A DNA stretch of 64,000 nucleotides from Pseudomonadota bacterium (GTDB taxonomy: Bacteria; Pseudomonadota; Alphaproteobacteria; UBA8366): contig JAYZET010000027.1 in assembly GCA_036337155.1 (NCBI GenBank), forward strand, positions 8,009 to 72,008, read 5' to 3'. The notes under the pieces are model-generated. The model was not told the origin of the DNA and did no database searches. It was given only the letters and a program-made list of their open reading frames with translations. Positions within the stretch are counted from its first letter, which is position 1, and each line of letters begins with the position of its first letter. Positions 11,869 to 22,506 of the stretch are shown one piece after another. A program made the translations under genes and the position numbers.

Positions 11869-13269
11869 GTGCAATACGTAAGTACACGCGGTAAGTCGCC
11901 AACCCTAGAGTTCGACGATGTTCTGCTTGCTGGGCTGGCGGTTGACGGGGGACTTTACCTCCCGGAAAATTGGCCTGTGTTTAAGCGGGAAGACATCCGA
12001 GCTATGCAGCAGATGAGTTACGCTGAACTCGCTATCCGGGTAATGACCCCGTTTCTCGGTGGCCGCATCCACGAAAGTGACTTTGCAAAAATAGTAAATG
12101 ACACCTACCACAGCTTCGCCCACAGTGCCGTGGCACCGCTCAAACAACTCGAATGCGATATCTGGCTAATGGAACTGTTCCATGGCCCTACACTCGCCTT
12201 CAAAGATTATCCCATGCAGCTAATCGGTCGGTTGTTCGATCATGTGCTGACACGACGCGGCGAGCGGGTAACCATCGTTGGCGCAACGTCAGGCGACACC
12301 GGGTCCGCAGCGATCGAGGCTTGCCGTGACCGAGAGGCAATCGACGTCTTTATTCTTTATCCGCATGAGCGCGTCTCGGAGGTGCAGCGGCGCCAGATGA
12401 CTACTGTATCGTCACCCAACGTGCATTGTGTTGCCGTCGAGGGTACCTTCGACAACTGCCAAGACCTTTTGAAGGCGATGTTCGCCGATACTTCCTTTCG
12501 TAACACCATGAATCTATCCGCCGTCAACTCTATCAATTGGGCCCGCATCGCGGCTCAAATTGTTTACTATTTCCACGCTGCGGTCACTTTGGGTGGCCCA
12601 GATCGACAGGTATCCTTTGCCGTACCGACCGGAAATTTCGGCAATGCCTTTGCCGCCTACGCCGCTAAATACTGCGGATTACCAGTCGAACAGTTAATTA
12701 TTGGCACTAACAGCAACGATATCCTGACCAAATTCTTTGAGACCGGTAAGCTCAACATCGGCACAGTAGATCAGACAATTTCACCGAGCATGGACATTCA
12801 GGTATCGAGTAACTTCGAGCGTTTCCTATTCGATCTCTACGGTCGCGACGGTATTGCACTAAACAATGCAATGTTGGAATTCCGGCAAGCGGGTATTCTC
12901 TGCGTGGGCGACAAACTGCAGGCTGTAGCGCGTGACACAATTGCGGCTACGCGCCTGAATGATGCCCAAACGATGCAAGAAATGGCGCGCGTCCTGGATG
13001 CGACCGGAGAGTTAACCGACCCACACACGGCGATCGGCATCGCAGCGGGTCGACTGCTGAAACGGCCGGGCGGAGCGCCGGTCGTTGCCCAAGCGGCAGC
13101 GCACCCAGCGAAGTTCCCGGACGCGGTCGAAAAAGCGACTGGAATGCGCCCCAAATTACCACTGCATCTCACAGATCTGCACCAACGGCCAGAACGCTTT
13201 AACATATTACCCAATGACCTCGGCGCGGTACAGGAACACGTACGTGCCCAAACTTCACTCTCGAGGTGA
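11869..13269 (+). CDS. thrC: Threonine synthase
   Basis: YVSTRG, ELFHGPTLAFKD, ATSGDTG, NSINWARI, VPTGNFGN, HPAKF. Confidence 0.96.
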   Translation: MQYVSTRGKSPTLEFDDVLLAGLAVDGGLYLPENWPVFKREDIRAMQQMSYAELAIRVMTPFLGGRIHESDFAKIVNDTYHSFAHSAVAPLKQLECDIWLMELFHGPTLAFKDYPMQLIGRLFDHVLTRRGERVTIVGATSGDTGSAAIEACRDREAIDVFILYPHERVSEVQRRQMTTVSSPNVHCVAVEGTFDNCQDLLKAMFADTSFRNTMNLSAVNSINWARIAAQIVYYFHAAVTLGGPDRQVSFAVPTGNFGNAFAAYAAKYCGLPVEQLIIGTNSNDILTKFFETGKLNIGTVDQTISPSMDIQVSSNFERFLFDLYGRDGIALNNAMLEFRQAGILCVGDKLQAVARDTIAATRLNDAQTMQEMARVLDATGELTDPHTAIGIAAGRLLKRPGGAPVVAQAAAHPAKFPDAVEKATGMRPKLPLHLTDLHQRPERFNILPNDLGAVQEHVRAQTSLSR

Positions 13270-13270
13270 C

Positions 13271-14530
13271 ATGACCGTTTCAGTCAGCAAACTACAGAAT
13301 GGTATGCGGATCATCACCGAGACGATGACGCGTGTGGAGACGGTTTCCTGCGGCGTCTGGATTGGAACTGGTGCACGGAACGAAAGGGCGGAGGTCAACG
13401 GTGTCGCGCATTTGCTAGAGCATATGGCGTTTAAAGGAACCAAGCGACGAAGCGCCCAGGACATTGTTGAGCAAATAGAATCTGTCGGAGGTCATCTCAA
13501 CGCCTATACCAGTCGAGAGCAGACAGCATACTATGCTAAAGTATTGAAAGAAAATACAACTCTTGCACTCGATATTCTCGCTGATATTCTGCAATATTCC
13601 ACTTTTAATCCCGATGAATTGGAACGGGAGCGGGCTGTGGTAATCCAGGAGATCGGGCAGGCACATGATACTCCCGATGACTGTGTTTTTGATTACTTTC
13701 AGGCTGCGGCGTTTCCGAACCAAGCATTAGGTCGGCCGGTGCTCGGTGAACTAGAGACTGTCACCGCCATGCCGCGAGAAGTCCTGATGGATCATATGCG
13801 AACCGGCTATGGGGCCGATCGTATGGTATTAGCTGCTGCCGGAAATTTAGACCATGACGAGATCGTAGGCACTGCGGAGCAATTATTCAGTTCCATTCCA
13901 ACCGAAAGTTGTGTCGAGATGGAGCCCGGTGCCTATGTTGGCGGGATGCATTTGGACGATCGCGATTTTGAACAGGTGCATATCTTGCTTGGTTTTCCGG
14001 GCTTTTCCTATGAGGACGATCAATTCTACGCGACGTCCGTTATGTCAACACTGCTTGGAGGCGGCATGTCCTCGCGGCTATTCCAAGAAGTTCGAGAAAA
14101 AAGAGGTCTTGTTTATTCTATCTATTCCTATCCATCCTTCTACCGGGATTGTGGATTATTTGGAATTTATTCCGGCACGGGACCCGAAGACGTCAATGAA
14201 CTATTACCCGCGATCTGCCAGGAAGTCCGTCAACTGCACGATTTTCTGGACGACCGGGAAGTCGATCGCGCCCGCACACAGCTTAGGGCTGCGACCATGA
14301 TGTCGCTCGAATCGACAGGATCCCGATGCGAACAGATGGCACAGCAAATGCTAATTTTCGGGCATCCCTTGAGCACCACTGAACAGATCGAGCGGATAGA
14401 AGCGATCGACCGCTTCGCCGTCCAAGAGAGCGCCGCGCAAATTTTTTCCGGTCAACCCACAATCGCCGCCATCGGTCCAGTAAAACAAATTATGGAATAT
14501 GATCGATTGGTAACGACGCTGGCAAACTAG
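13271..14530 (+). CDS. M16 family zinc peptidase (pitrilysin/MPP-like)
   Basis: GVAHLLEHMAFKGT (HXXEH), NAYTSRE, GGGMSSRLFQEVREKRGLVY; start ATG 13271 right after thrC stop. Confidence 0.95.
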   Translation: MTVSVSKLQNGMRIITETMTRVETVSCGVWIGTGARNERAEVNGVAHLLEHMAFKGTKRRSAQDIVEQIESVGGHLNAYTSREQTAYYAKVLKENTTLALDILADILQYSTFNPDELERERAVVIQEIGQAHDTPDDCVFDYFQAAAFPNQALGRPVLGELETVTAMPREVLMDHMRTGYGADRMVLAAAGNLDHDEIVGTAEQLFSSIPTESCVEMEPGAYVGGMHLDDRDFEQVHILLGFPGFSYEDDQFYATSVMSTLLGGGMSSRLFQEVREKRGLVYSIYSYPSFYRDCGLFGIYSGTGPEDVNELLPAICQEVRQLHDFLDDREVDRARTQLRAATMMSLESTGSRCEQMAQQMLIFGHPLSTTEQIERIEAIDRFAVQESAAQIFSGQPTIAAIGPVKQIMEYDRLVTTLAN

Positions 14531-14561
14531 AGCCGCAACCGACCGAGGAGGGAGGCCAATC

Positions 14562-15149
14562 GTGTTGGATCTCCTATTCTTACCCTATTCAAAGGCCTCG
14601 CTGCGCGGCGAGTCCGTCTATTTGCGTGCGCCGCGACCGCGGGACCAAAAACAATGGGTGGATATAAGGCGAATCAGCCGAGATTTTCTCCAGCCATGGG
14701 AGCCAACTTGGCCAGAAGACGGTGCTGAACCGAAAGCATTCCGCAGACGCCTTAAGCACTTTAGCGAAGATTGGCGATCAGGAGATGCTTATCCCTTTTT
14801 TATTTTTCATCGGAATAGAAACGATCTACTCGGCGGCGTAACTCTATCTAATATCAGACGAGGCGTCACCCAGGCGGCAACGATCGGCTATTGGATGGGT
14901 TATCCCTATATACGGCGAGGCCACATGGCGGAGGCTGTCAACCTGGTACTCGACTACGCTTTCGAAAATCTACGTCTACACCGGGTCGAGGCTGCCTGTC
15001 TCATCCATAACGAACCAAGTCGCCGACTTCTGCTTAAACTAGGCTTCCACGAAGAAGGGCTGGCCCGCCAATATCTTTGCATTAATGGGCAGTGGCAGGA
15101 TCACCGAATATTTGGGATCTTAGGTTCAGATCGTCCCTCTAAAAATTGA
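14562..15149 (+). CDS. RimJ/RimL-family GNAT N-acetyltransferase
   Basis: FLQPWEPTW, NIRRGVTQAATIGYW, LHRVEAAC, YLCINGQWQDH. Confidence 0.88.
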   Translation: MLDLLFLPYSKASLRGESVYLRAPRPRDQKQWVDIRRISRDFLQPWEPTWPEDGAEPKAFRRRLKHFSEDWRSGDAYPFFIFHRNRNDLLGGVTLSNIRRGVTQAATIGYWMGYPYIRRGHMAEAVNLVLDYAFENLRLHRVEAACLIHNEPSRRLLLKLGFHEEGLARQYLCINGQWQDHRIFGILGSDRPSKN

Positions 15150-15158
15150 ATTCCGCCT

Positions 15159-15722
15159 TCAAGCGTGCCCCGCGTCTCCCGATAACAACGAGAGATCGAC
15201 GCCAATCTTTGCAATGGCGAACTCCCATTTTTTTTCGATATCGGGGCCAAAAATGAGCTCCAGATCGGCAGGCACATGCAACCAAGTATTTTGCTGAATT
15301 TCGTGGTCGAGTTGTCCTGCACCCCAGCCGGCATAACCAAGGGCCAAAAAGAAACGCTTCGGCCCGTTGCTCTCAGCAATATCCTGCAGAATATCAATTT
15401 TTGCCGTAAGACTGACGCCGGCACCCACATCAATTGTGTCATCACCAACGTAATCTGACGAATGCAGAACAAAACCTCGACCTGTCTCTACCGGGCCACC
15501 GCAATGAATTGGTGGCGATGGCGCCATGCCCAAGGTCTTTAAATTTAATTTATCAATCAAGTCAGAAAAAGCTATATCATGGACAAGCTTATTGATAATT
15601 AAGCCCATTGCGCCGTCCTCATTGTGCACACAAATGTAGATGACACTTTTTGCGAAGCGGGGATCACCCATCGCAGGCATTGCAATTAACAATTGACCGG
15701 TTAGGTAATCCGCCTCCCTCAT
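15159..15722 (-). CDS. YqgE/AlgH family protein
   Basis: GQLLIAMP, GAMGLIINK, GGPVETGRGFVLHS, LGYAGWGAGQL. Confidence 0.95.
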   Translation of the reverse strand: MREADYLTGQLLIAMPAMGDPRFAKSVIYICVHNEDGAMGLIINKLVHDIAFSDLIDKLNLKTLGMAPSPPIHCGGPVETGRGFVLHSSDYVGDDTIDVGAGVSLTAKIDILQDIAESNGPKRFFLALGYAGWGAGQLDHEIQQNTWLHVPADLELIFGPDIEKKWEFAIAKIGVDLSLLSGDAGHA

Positions 15723-15877
15723 GACGCTCGCTCCAACGTTTCATCGCCGCCTTCCGACAATGATATGATAGTCTTACCTAAAGTGTTTGAATAGGCCGCA
15801 TCATATTAGAATGGGTACGCAGCCGTTTATGATGATGCGGTTTTACCTTCAGACCTTTGGCTTAAAAAAACACCGGA

Positions 15878-18007
15878 TTGTTTAAGAGGTTGAACGTGGA
15901 TCGAGTTTGGTTCGTACTAATCTTATTTACTATATTCCTACCTCCTGCCCTAGGTGCCTCTAAGACCGTTGGGGAGTGGGATCGCAATGAGCATGTCCAA
16001 ATGCGCCTTATTTCAGGTGTTAAGGCGGTCGGCGAACGCGTGACATTACCGTTCGGTTTACAATTTCGGATGAAACCCGGCTGGAAACTCTATTGGCGTT
16101 CACCCGGCGATGCCGGGTTTCCACCAAGACCGGTCTGGGACGGATCGGAAAATATCGCGGACGTGAGTGTTCATTGGCCGGCGCCAACACGTTTCTCAAT
16201 CTTTAATTTTGAGACGCTCGGATATACTGATCAAGTCATCTTACCATTGACCGTAACGCTCGAACGCGCCGGCAATGAGGCCACTTTACGAGCCAAGGTC
16301 GACTACCTCACCTGTAAAGACATTTGCATCCCATATCAGGGAACGGCTGAATTACCGCTTAAAATCGGCGCCGCCTTGGCCTCCCCGATTGCCCACGAAC
16401 TCGACCGTTATCAAGCCCGCGTACCCGGTAACGGCCGCCTACACGGGCTAACCATCATAGATGCACAACTCAAATATTTGGGTGATCGCGTCGAAGTTAC
16501 AGTCGTGGCCACAGCTGACGAACCGTTTGATTCACCCGACATATTCATTGAAGGTCCCGAAGGCACTTTTTTTGGTAAGCCTAAAGTCCAATTATCCGAA
16601 GGCGGACACCGAGCGACAGCTGTCGTACCAGGGAGTGGCTTCAGAATCCCCACCGCCTCCGAGAGTGTACCATTGACCCTTACTCTTGTCGATGGCAGCC
16701 GAATGTTGGAACAACCGCGGATGACCAAGCCGGGGGAACCTTCCGCGCATACCAGTAATGACGCACCGGAAAGTCAGCCGATCTTTGTGATCCTGCTTTT
16801 GGCTCTTGTGGGTGGGTTCATCCTCAACTTTATGCCCTGCGTTTTACCTGTCCTATCCTTGAAACTTCTTAGCGTAATTAACCAAGGCGGGAGAGACTCT
16901 CGCAAAGTACGGAGCGGATTTATTGCTTCCGCCGCGGGTATTATTTTTTCATTTCTGTTGATCGCGGGCAGCCTCATCGCCTTAAAATCCGCCGGTATCG
17001 CGATCGGCTGGGGCATCCAATTCCAGCAACCTTTATTCATCGTTACGATGACGCTGGTCGTAGTACTATTCGCGGGTAACCTTTTTAATTTCTTCGAGAT
17101 CGTTCTGCCCAGTTCGATAGCCTCTCTAGCAGGGTCGGTGCGGCGTGATCATTCGCTTGGTGGGCATTTCGCGACCGGCACCTTTGCAACCTTGCTGGCG
17201 ACACCCTGCAGCGCACCATTTCTTGGCACCGCAGTCGGTTTCGCGCTAAGCCGCGGCCCAACTGAAATTTTGGGCATCTTTTTCGTTCTCGGTCTAGGCT
17301 TGTCGCTTCCGTACCTCCTTGTCGCCGTATTTCCACAACTAGCCACACGGCTTCCGAAGCCCGGCAATTGGATGATCTGGCTTCGGCGCTTCCTTGGTCT
17401 AGCGCTAGCCGCAACTGCTATTTGGTTGCTTATGGTCCTCGCTGCACAGATTGGAGCGGACAAGGCTTTTGGTGTCGGCTCAATAACGATGCTAATGGTG
17501 GTGGTGCTCGCGTTGAAGCGGTTGCCGGGCTCGCGGCTTGGTTGTCACGCCGGCAAACTGACGGCTATACTGGCGTTAACTGCTTTGGTTGCCGGTGGCT
17601 TCGCGACCACCTCAGAAACCAAGACCTATCGACCGTCAGCAAATTGGCACGTCTTCGATAAGGATGTGCTAAGGCAAATTGTCAATTCGGGAAAAACGGT
17701 ATTCGTCGATGTCACGGCCGATTGGTGTCTGACCTGCCAATTAAACAAGAACCTTGTGCTGGACACCGAGCCGGTAGCAACGTGGCTTGAAGATGATCGC
17801 GTCGTCGCCATGCGGGCAGACTGGACAAGACCCAACCCAATTATTACCGCCTATCTCGCAACTTTTGGTCGATACGGAATTCCGTTCAATGCAGTGTATG
17901 GCCCCGACGCGCCAAATGGCATAACGCTACCCGAACTGCTCACTAGCAATATCATCGCTGAAGCTGCCGGTCGCGCAGACACCAAAGCAACTCTCAAACA
18001 TCGCTAA
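15878..18007 (+). CDS. dsbD: Thiol:disulfide interchange protein DsbD/ScsB family
   Basis: YWRSPGDAG and CKDIC (N-domain), LNFMPCVLPV and ATPCSAP (TM domain), VTADWCLTC (thioredoxin domain). Confidence 0.9.
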   Translation: MFKRLNVDRVWFVLILFTIFLPPALGASKTVGEWDRNEHVQMRLISGVKAVGERVTLPFGLQFRMKPGWKLYWRSPGDAGFPPRPVWDGSENIADVSVHWPAPTRFSIFNFETLGYTDQVILPLTVTLERAGNEATLRAKVDYLTCKDICIPYQGTAELPLKIGAALASPIAHELDRYQARVPGNGRLHGLTIIDAQLKYLGDRVEVTVVATADEPFDSPDIFIEGPEGTFFGKPKVQLSEGGHRATAVVPGSGFRIPTASESVPLTLTLVDGSRMLEQPRMTKPGEPSAHTSNDAPESQPIFVILLLALVGGFILNFMPCVLPVLSLKLLSVINQGGRDSRKVRSGFIASAAGIIFSFLLIAGSLIALKSAGIAIGWGIQFQQPLFIVTMTLVVVLFAGNLFNFFEIVLPSSIASLAGSVRRDHSLGGHFATGTFATLLATPCSAPFLGTAVGFALSRGPTEILGIFFVLGLGLSLPYLLVAVFPQLATRLPKPGNWMIWLRRFLGLALAATAIWLLMVLAAQIGADKAFGVGSITMLMVVVLALKRLPGSRLGCHAGKLTAILALTALVAGGFATTSETKTYRPSANWHVFDKDVLRQIVNSGKTVFVDVTADWCLTCQLNKNLVLDTEPVATWLEDDRVVAMRADWTRPNPIITAYLATFGRYGIPFNAVYGPDAPNGITLPELLTSNIIAEAAGRADTKATLKHR

Positions 18008-18306
18008 AAAATTTATCAAATCTCTAAAATCATTAAACTATTACCGCTTGGGGCACCGAAGTATGAGTTGCGTCTTAGGTCGCAATTGAAGACCAACATC
18101 GCTTGAAAGAACAAGTTGGTGGCGATTGAAGTTGGAGGACATCGTAAGCAGCCTGGCATACGGGGCAAACACTTGGTCCTGGCATCGGGGGTCGCATAAA
18201 AAAATACTCACCCTAAAGACGAAGTATGGCCGACCATAATCAGCGCCGAAGAAGTTCCAAAGCCTATAGATACAAAACCAAAAAATCATCAAATGGTTTC
18301 CAGCAC

Positions 18307-18765
18307 TCAGCTGGGAGTATGTAGCTTTACTTCCTGCAGCGCGGCCCGTGCAAGAGCATCCGCACGTTCATTCTCCGGATGACCCGAATGACCCTTAACC
18401 CATCGCCACTCGATTTCATGGCTTCCCAGCACATCATCCAGGGCTAACCATAGATCCACATTTCTAACCGGCTTCTTAGCAGCAGTCCGCCAATCGTTTT
18501 GCTTCCAATTGACTATCCACTTAGTGATACCGTTCTTCACATAGGTGCTGTCGGTGTAAACAACTACACGCATTGGTCGCTTTAGCGCTTGCAAACCTTC
18601 AATCGCGGCACGCAACTCCATACGGTTGTTAGTGGTATCCAACTCGCCTCCGGACAACTCCTTTTCCGCTCCCTTGAAGCGCAAAATCGCACCCCAACCG
18701 CCCGGACCGGGATTACCGCTACATGCGCCGTCGGTAAATATCTCAACTATGGCCCACTTATCCAT
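18307..18765 (-). CDS. rnhA: Ribonuclease HI
   Basis: [39 protein letters not shown]; ATG at 18765 overlaps the thrB TAA. Confidence 0.96.
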   Translation of the reverse strand: MDKWAIVEIFTDGACSGNPGPGGWGAILRFKGAEKELSGGELDTTNNRMELRAAIEGLQALKRPMRVVVYTDSTYVKNGITKWIVNWKQNDWRTAAKKPVRNVDLWLALDDVLGSHEIEWRWVKGHSGHPENERADALARAALQEVKLHTPS

Positions 18766-19727
18766 TAATCTATCCCGTACTGGGCAGGACTGAATACGCC
18801 CTGGTGGAATTGTAAAATTGCAAGGAATTCGATTGGGTCTTTCGGCCTTACAAAGGTGCCTTCGCGATGATTGAGCCAATCGTATAGACGCGTTAGCAGG
18901 AAGCGGAGTGCCGCTCCCCGCGCAATCGTAGGCAGTGCTGCAAGTTCGTTGTCGGAAACATGTCTTTCGCGGCGGTAGGCCGATAGCATGCGGCGTGCCT
19001 TTGTAACGTTGAAACTGTTATCACGCTCAAAGCACCACGCATTGATACAAATCGCTAGATCGTAGATGAGAAAGTCGTTGCAGGCGAAATAAAAATCGAT
19101 CAATCCCGACAATTTATCTCCACGAAAGAATACATTGTCGGGAAAAAGGTCCGCATGGCAAACCCCATACGGTAAATCCTTAGGCCATTTTATTTCAAGA
19201 AAGTCGAGTTCGCTGGCAATGAGCCCGGCAAGATCCGGCTGCACTTCATTGACCCTGGCTCGCGATTCTTCGAATAAGGATCTCCATGCTGGCAATGCCA
19301 ACGCATTCTGGCGCTCCATCTCGAAATTTTCACCCGCGTTGTGGAACATCGCTAAGAATGTGCCAACTTCGGCACAGTGGGACGCGTTAATGCGCTTAGG
19401 CCACATGCCTTCCAGAAACGTTATAATCGCAGCTGGACGATCGCAGAGTATACGAAGCGCCTTACCGTCACGCCCGTGTAGCGGCGTCGGGCATGGAATG
19501 CCCGCCTCAGCAAGATACGTCATAAGGTTGAGAAAATAGGGTAAGTCCTCCACCGCCACTCGCTTTTCATAAAGCGTTAAAATGTACTGCGACTGATCCG
19601 TCTGCATCAAATAATTCGTATTTTCGACACCTTCCGCAATTCCCTTGCAAGAGACGACCGTTCCAATGTCATATTCGGCAACAAACGCCTCTAGTTCTTC
19701 ATCTGACACTTCTGTATATACGGCCAT
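18765..19727 (-). CDS. thrB: Homoserine kinase type II
   Basis: [44 protein letters not shown]. Confidence 0.95.
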   Translation of the reverse strand: MAVYTEVSDEELEAFVAEYDIGTVVSCKGIAEGVENTNYLMQTDQSQYILTLYEKRVAVEDLPYFLNLMTYLAEAGIPCPTPLHGRDGKALRILCDRPAAIITFLEGMWPKRINASHCAEVGTFLAMFHNAGENFEMERQNALALPAWRSLFEESRARVNEVQPDLAGLIASELDFLEIKWPKDLPYGVCHADLFPDNVFFRGDKLSGLIDFYFACNDFLIYDLAICINAWCFERDNSFNVTKARRMLSAYRRERHVSDNELAALPTIARGAALRFLLTRLYDWLNHREGTFVRPKDPIEFLAILQFHQGVFSPAQYGID

Positions 19728-19860
19728 ATTTCTGTATCCGCCTCCGCTTGTGCTGATTGGGTTGGTCTCCTAAAATCAATAAGTAATGTCGAACAAGACA
19801 CGACTTGGCACCCTAAATTGCAACGGCATATTACGCAGCAACGGGAGAAGGGAAAGACCT

Positions 19861-20100
19861 ATGGCTGAACCGGCGATCTCTCAGAAGGCGCCTTACGGCG
19901 TGGATGTTGAAGAAGGCAAAAGTTATTGGTGGTGTGCCTGCGGCCACAGTAAGGAGCAGCCTTTCTGTGATGGTAGCCACAAAGGCACTGGGTTCGAGCC
20001 ATCTAAATATACGGCGAAAAAAAACGATACTATTTACTTCTGTGGCTGCAAGAATACCAAGGATGAGCCGGTCTGTGACGGCACGCATTCCAAGCTGTGA
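19861..20100 (+). CDS. CDGSH iron-sulfur protein with two CDGSH motifs (MiNT/CISD3-like)
   Basis: WCACGHSKEQPFCDGSH and FCGCKNTKDEPVCDGTH; start ATG 19861. Confidence 0.92.
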   Translation: MAEPAISQKAPYGVDVEEGKSYWWCACGHSKEQPFCDGSHKGTGFEPSKYTAKKNDTIYFCGCKNTKDEPVCDGTHSKL

Positions 20101-20651
20101 AAAGACTAGACCGAGCGATCAAATCAACAGCCATATTTATTATCCTCGCTTTACTCGCCAGTGCGTGTGCTAAAAACAGTAAGTTGTTCGGCGGCGGTGA
20201 ACTTTCCGGTTTGGCCTGCCCACAAGTGGCCGTGTTGGAGGGACCTGGCGAACTTACCAGGTTCGTCGACGGGAAAACCGGTAAAATTGCGGATGTCCTA
20301 TTCCAAGCCCGTGTAGAAATAATTGGCAGCACTTGCACTTACGAGGGAAACTCCGTCGTCGTAACGGCGGATACTAAACTCAGAGTTATCCGCGGCCCGG
20401 CAGAAACTAAACGCGAGGTTAAGTTAACTATCTTCGTCAGTGTGATAGATGAAAAACGGACAGTCATATTATGGGAAGCGATGCCGATCGTTGTAAAGTT
20501 TCAAGGCCCAAACCGAAATTTTGAGTTCGAAAATCCGGTGTCGGTACAAATCGACTTAAAAAAAGGTGTCGACTTGGCGAGTTATTCGATCTACGGCGGA
20601 TTTGAGATGACCTCGCAGGAACTTGAATTCAACCGACGTCGCCAACGCTGA
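20097..20651 (+). CDS. Hypothetical lipoprotein
   Basis: Lipobox LASAC, CPQVAVL motif, C-terminal GFEMTSQELEFNR; GTGA overlap with the CDGSH gene. Confidence 0.75.
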   Translation: MKRLDRAIKSTAIFIILALLASACAKNSKLFGGGELSGLACPQVAVLEGPGELTRFVDGKTGKIADVLFQARVEIIGSTCTYEGNSVVVTADTKLRVIRGPAETKREVKLTIFVSVIDEKRTVILWEAMPIVVKFQGPNRNFEFENPVSVQIDLKKGVDLASYSIYGGFEMTSQELEFNRRRQR

Positions 20652-20665
20652 CGGCTGAACGTTGG

Positions 20666-20693
20666 TTGACATTCCTACCGCCTCTTGTAGCCT
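20666..20693 (+). promoter_or_regulatory. Putative sigma70 promoter of the gcv leader
   Basis: TTGACA-N16-TAGCCT upstream of the riboswitch. Confidence 0.45.
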
Positions 20694-20727
20694 ATGCATG
20701 GATGCTATGCATCGACAAAATGCCCAT

Positions 20728-20910
20728 AGACCCCTGTGGGAGAGACCTGCGTTAAACGTAGGCGCCGAAGGAGCAACCACCCCGGAATCTCTCAGGCGAA
20801 AGGACCGTAGGGGGAGGGCACTCTGGAAAGCGGCCGCCAAACCTTAGCGCGGCACACCGAAGGTGTAAGCCAGCCTAGCTGGTGACACTCTCAGGTCCCG
20901 GGACAGAGCG
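20728..20910 (+). ncRNA. Tandem glycine riboswitch
   Basis: Aptamer 1 GGAGAG..CGCCGAAGGAGCAA..CTCTCAGG..GGACC; aptamer 2 CTCTGGAAAG..CACCGAAGGTGTAA..CTCTCAGGT..GACAGAG; directly upstream of gcvT. Confidence 0.95.
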
Positions 20911-20966
20911 GGGAGGAGCCGGCTTATAACGGAGTGGCTTCGAACGCGCAATGTCGGAGGGATCGA

Positions 20967-22091
20967 TTGACAGAAAATCACTCACTGCAGCACCCATTGC
21001 AATCCACGCCATTGCGCGACTTGCATGGTGAACTGGAGGGCCAAATCGTACCATTCGCAGGTTACGAAATGCCGCTTCAATATCCGCTCGGAATACTTAA
21101 AGAACATCTCCATACGCGTTCAGCAGCGGGCCTTTTTGATGTTTCACATATGGGGCAATTAGCTATTGTAGGCGACGACCCAGCAAGTGTGATAGAGTCC
21201 TTGGTCCCAGGCGATATCATGGAGCTTGAACACGGGGCAACTCGCTACACTCAACTGACTGACGACAACGGCGGAATCCTAGATGACCTTATGGTAACAC
21301 GGGATGGTAAGCAATTACTGCTGGTGGTGAACGCAGCATGCAAAGTGAAAGATATAGCTCATATCCGGAGCGCTTTACCAAATGGGCATGAGTTGCTTGA
21401 ACTGCAGGATCGAGCCTTAATCGCTTTACAAGGCCCAAAATCCGCATCCATTCTTTCCGAACTCGGATCGGCACAACTTTTAAGAATGCCATTTATGTCG
21501 ATGGCTGAGGTTAAAGTAAACGGTATTGCCTGCAGAATCTGGCGGTCCGGTTATACCGGAGAGGACGGATACGAAATTTCTTGCCGGGCTGGCGACGTCG
21601 AAATTATCGCTCGCTTGCTCCTAGCGAATAAAGCTGTCGAGCCGATCGGATTGGGAGCCCGTAATTCACTACGCCTTGAAGCCGGACTATGCTTATACGG
21701 TCACGATATAGATTGCTCCACAACGCCCGTCGAGGCCAACTTGTTATGGTCGATTGGCAAGCGCCGTCGGGAAGAGGGAGGATTTCCGGGAGCGGAGTTC
21801 GTGCAACGTCAAATTTCTAAGGGGGTTGCGCGGCGCCGTGTCGGCATCAAACCGGATGGCCGCGCACCAATGCGCGAAGGCGTTGAACTGTTCGATACGG
21901 AAGGCGTCTCAATAGGAAACGTAACAAGCGGTGGGTTTGGGCCGAGCATCGGGAGACCCGTTGCCATGGGATATATAGCGACGAGATCTGCCAGAGCCAA
22001 AACCCCAATACAGGGGAATGTCCGCGGCAAAATGCTTGATGCTTCGGTCGTTCGCATGCCGTTTATTGAACAACGCTACTTTAGGGGATAA
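20967..22091 (+). CDS. gcvT: Glycine cleavage system aminomethyltransferase T
   Basis: FAGYEMPLQY, LFDVSHMGQ, RSGYTGEDGYE, LRLEAGLCLYG; probable TTG start at 20967 after GGAGG. Confidence 0.95.
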   Translation: MTENHSLQHPLQSTPLRDLHGELEGQIVPFAGYEMPLQYPLGILKEHLHTRSAAGLFDVSHMGQLAIVGDDPASVIESLVPGDIMELEHGATRYTQLTDDNGGILDDLMVTRDGKQLLLVVNAACKVKDIAHIRSALPNGHELLELQDRALIALQGPKSASILSELGSAQLLRMPFMSMAEVKVNGIACRIWRSGYTGEDGYEISCRAGDVEIIARLLLANKAVEPIGLGARNSLRLEAGLCLYGHDIDCSTTPVEANLLWSIGKRRREEGGFPGAEFVQRQISKGVARRRVGIKPDGRAPMREGVELFDTEGVSIGNVTSGGFGPSIGRPVAMGYIATRSARAKTPIQGNVRGKMLDASVVRMPFIEQRYFRG

Positions 22092-22107
22092 CCAAAGGGA
22101 GGCAGGC

Positions 22108-22476
22108 ATGGCCTATGTCAAATTTACCAAAGACCACGAATGGATCCGGGTCGATGGAGCAGTCGGCACAGTCGGCATTACCAATTTCGCACAAGAACAG
22201 CTAGGCGATATAGTTTTTGTCGAATTGCCGGAACCAGGCACCGCTTTTGGTAAAGGTGATCAGGCCGGGGTCGTCGAGTCCGTTAAGGCGGCGTCGGAGA
22301 TTTATAGCCCAGTCGGAGGAGAGGTGTTGGAGGCTAACGATAATTTGATCGAAGGGCCCAACATCGTCAATTCGGAGGCCGAAGGTGATGGTTGGTTTTT
22401 CAAAATTAAAATTTCCAACTTGGATGCACTCGACGATCTTATGGACGAAACTGCTTACAAAGAATTCATTACCTAG
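22108..22476 (+). CDS. gcvH: Glycine cleavage system H protein
   Basis: FTKDHEW, GDIVFVELP, lipoyl motif VESVKAASE; ATG 22108 after GGGAGG. Confidence 0.96.
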   Translation: MAYVKFTKDHEWIRVDGAVGTVGITNFAQEQLGDIVFVELPEPGTAFGKGDQAGVVESVKAASEIYSPVGGEVLEANDNLIEGPNIVNSEAEGDGWFFKIKISNLDALDDLMDETAYKEFIT

Positions 22477-22506
22477 AACGTCTTATCTGAAGAGAGGACT
22501 TCCGAC

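Noticed and set aside
11664-11902. Short ORFs between the M32 gene and thrC
   Set aside because: Overlap the thrC start; no motifs
18041-18292. 83-aa ORF between dsbD and rnhA
   Set aside because: No recognisable motif or RBS; cannot support it as a gene or a specific relic
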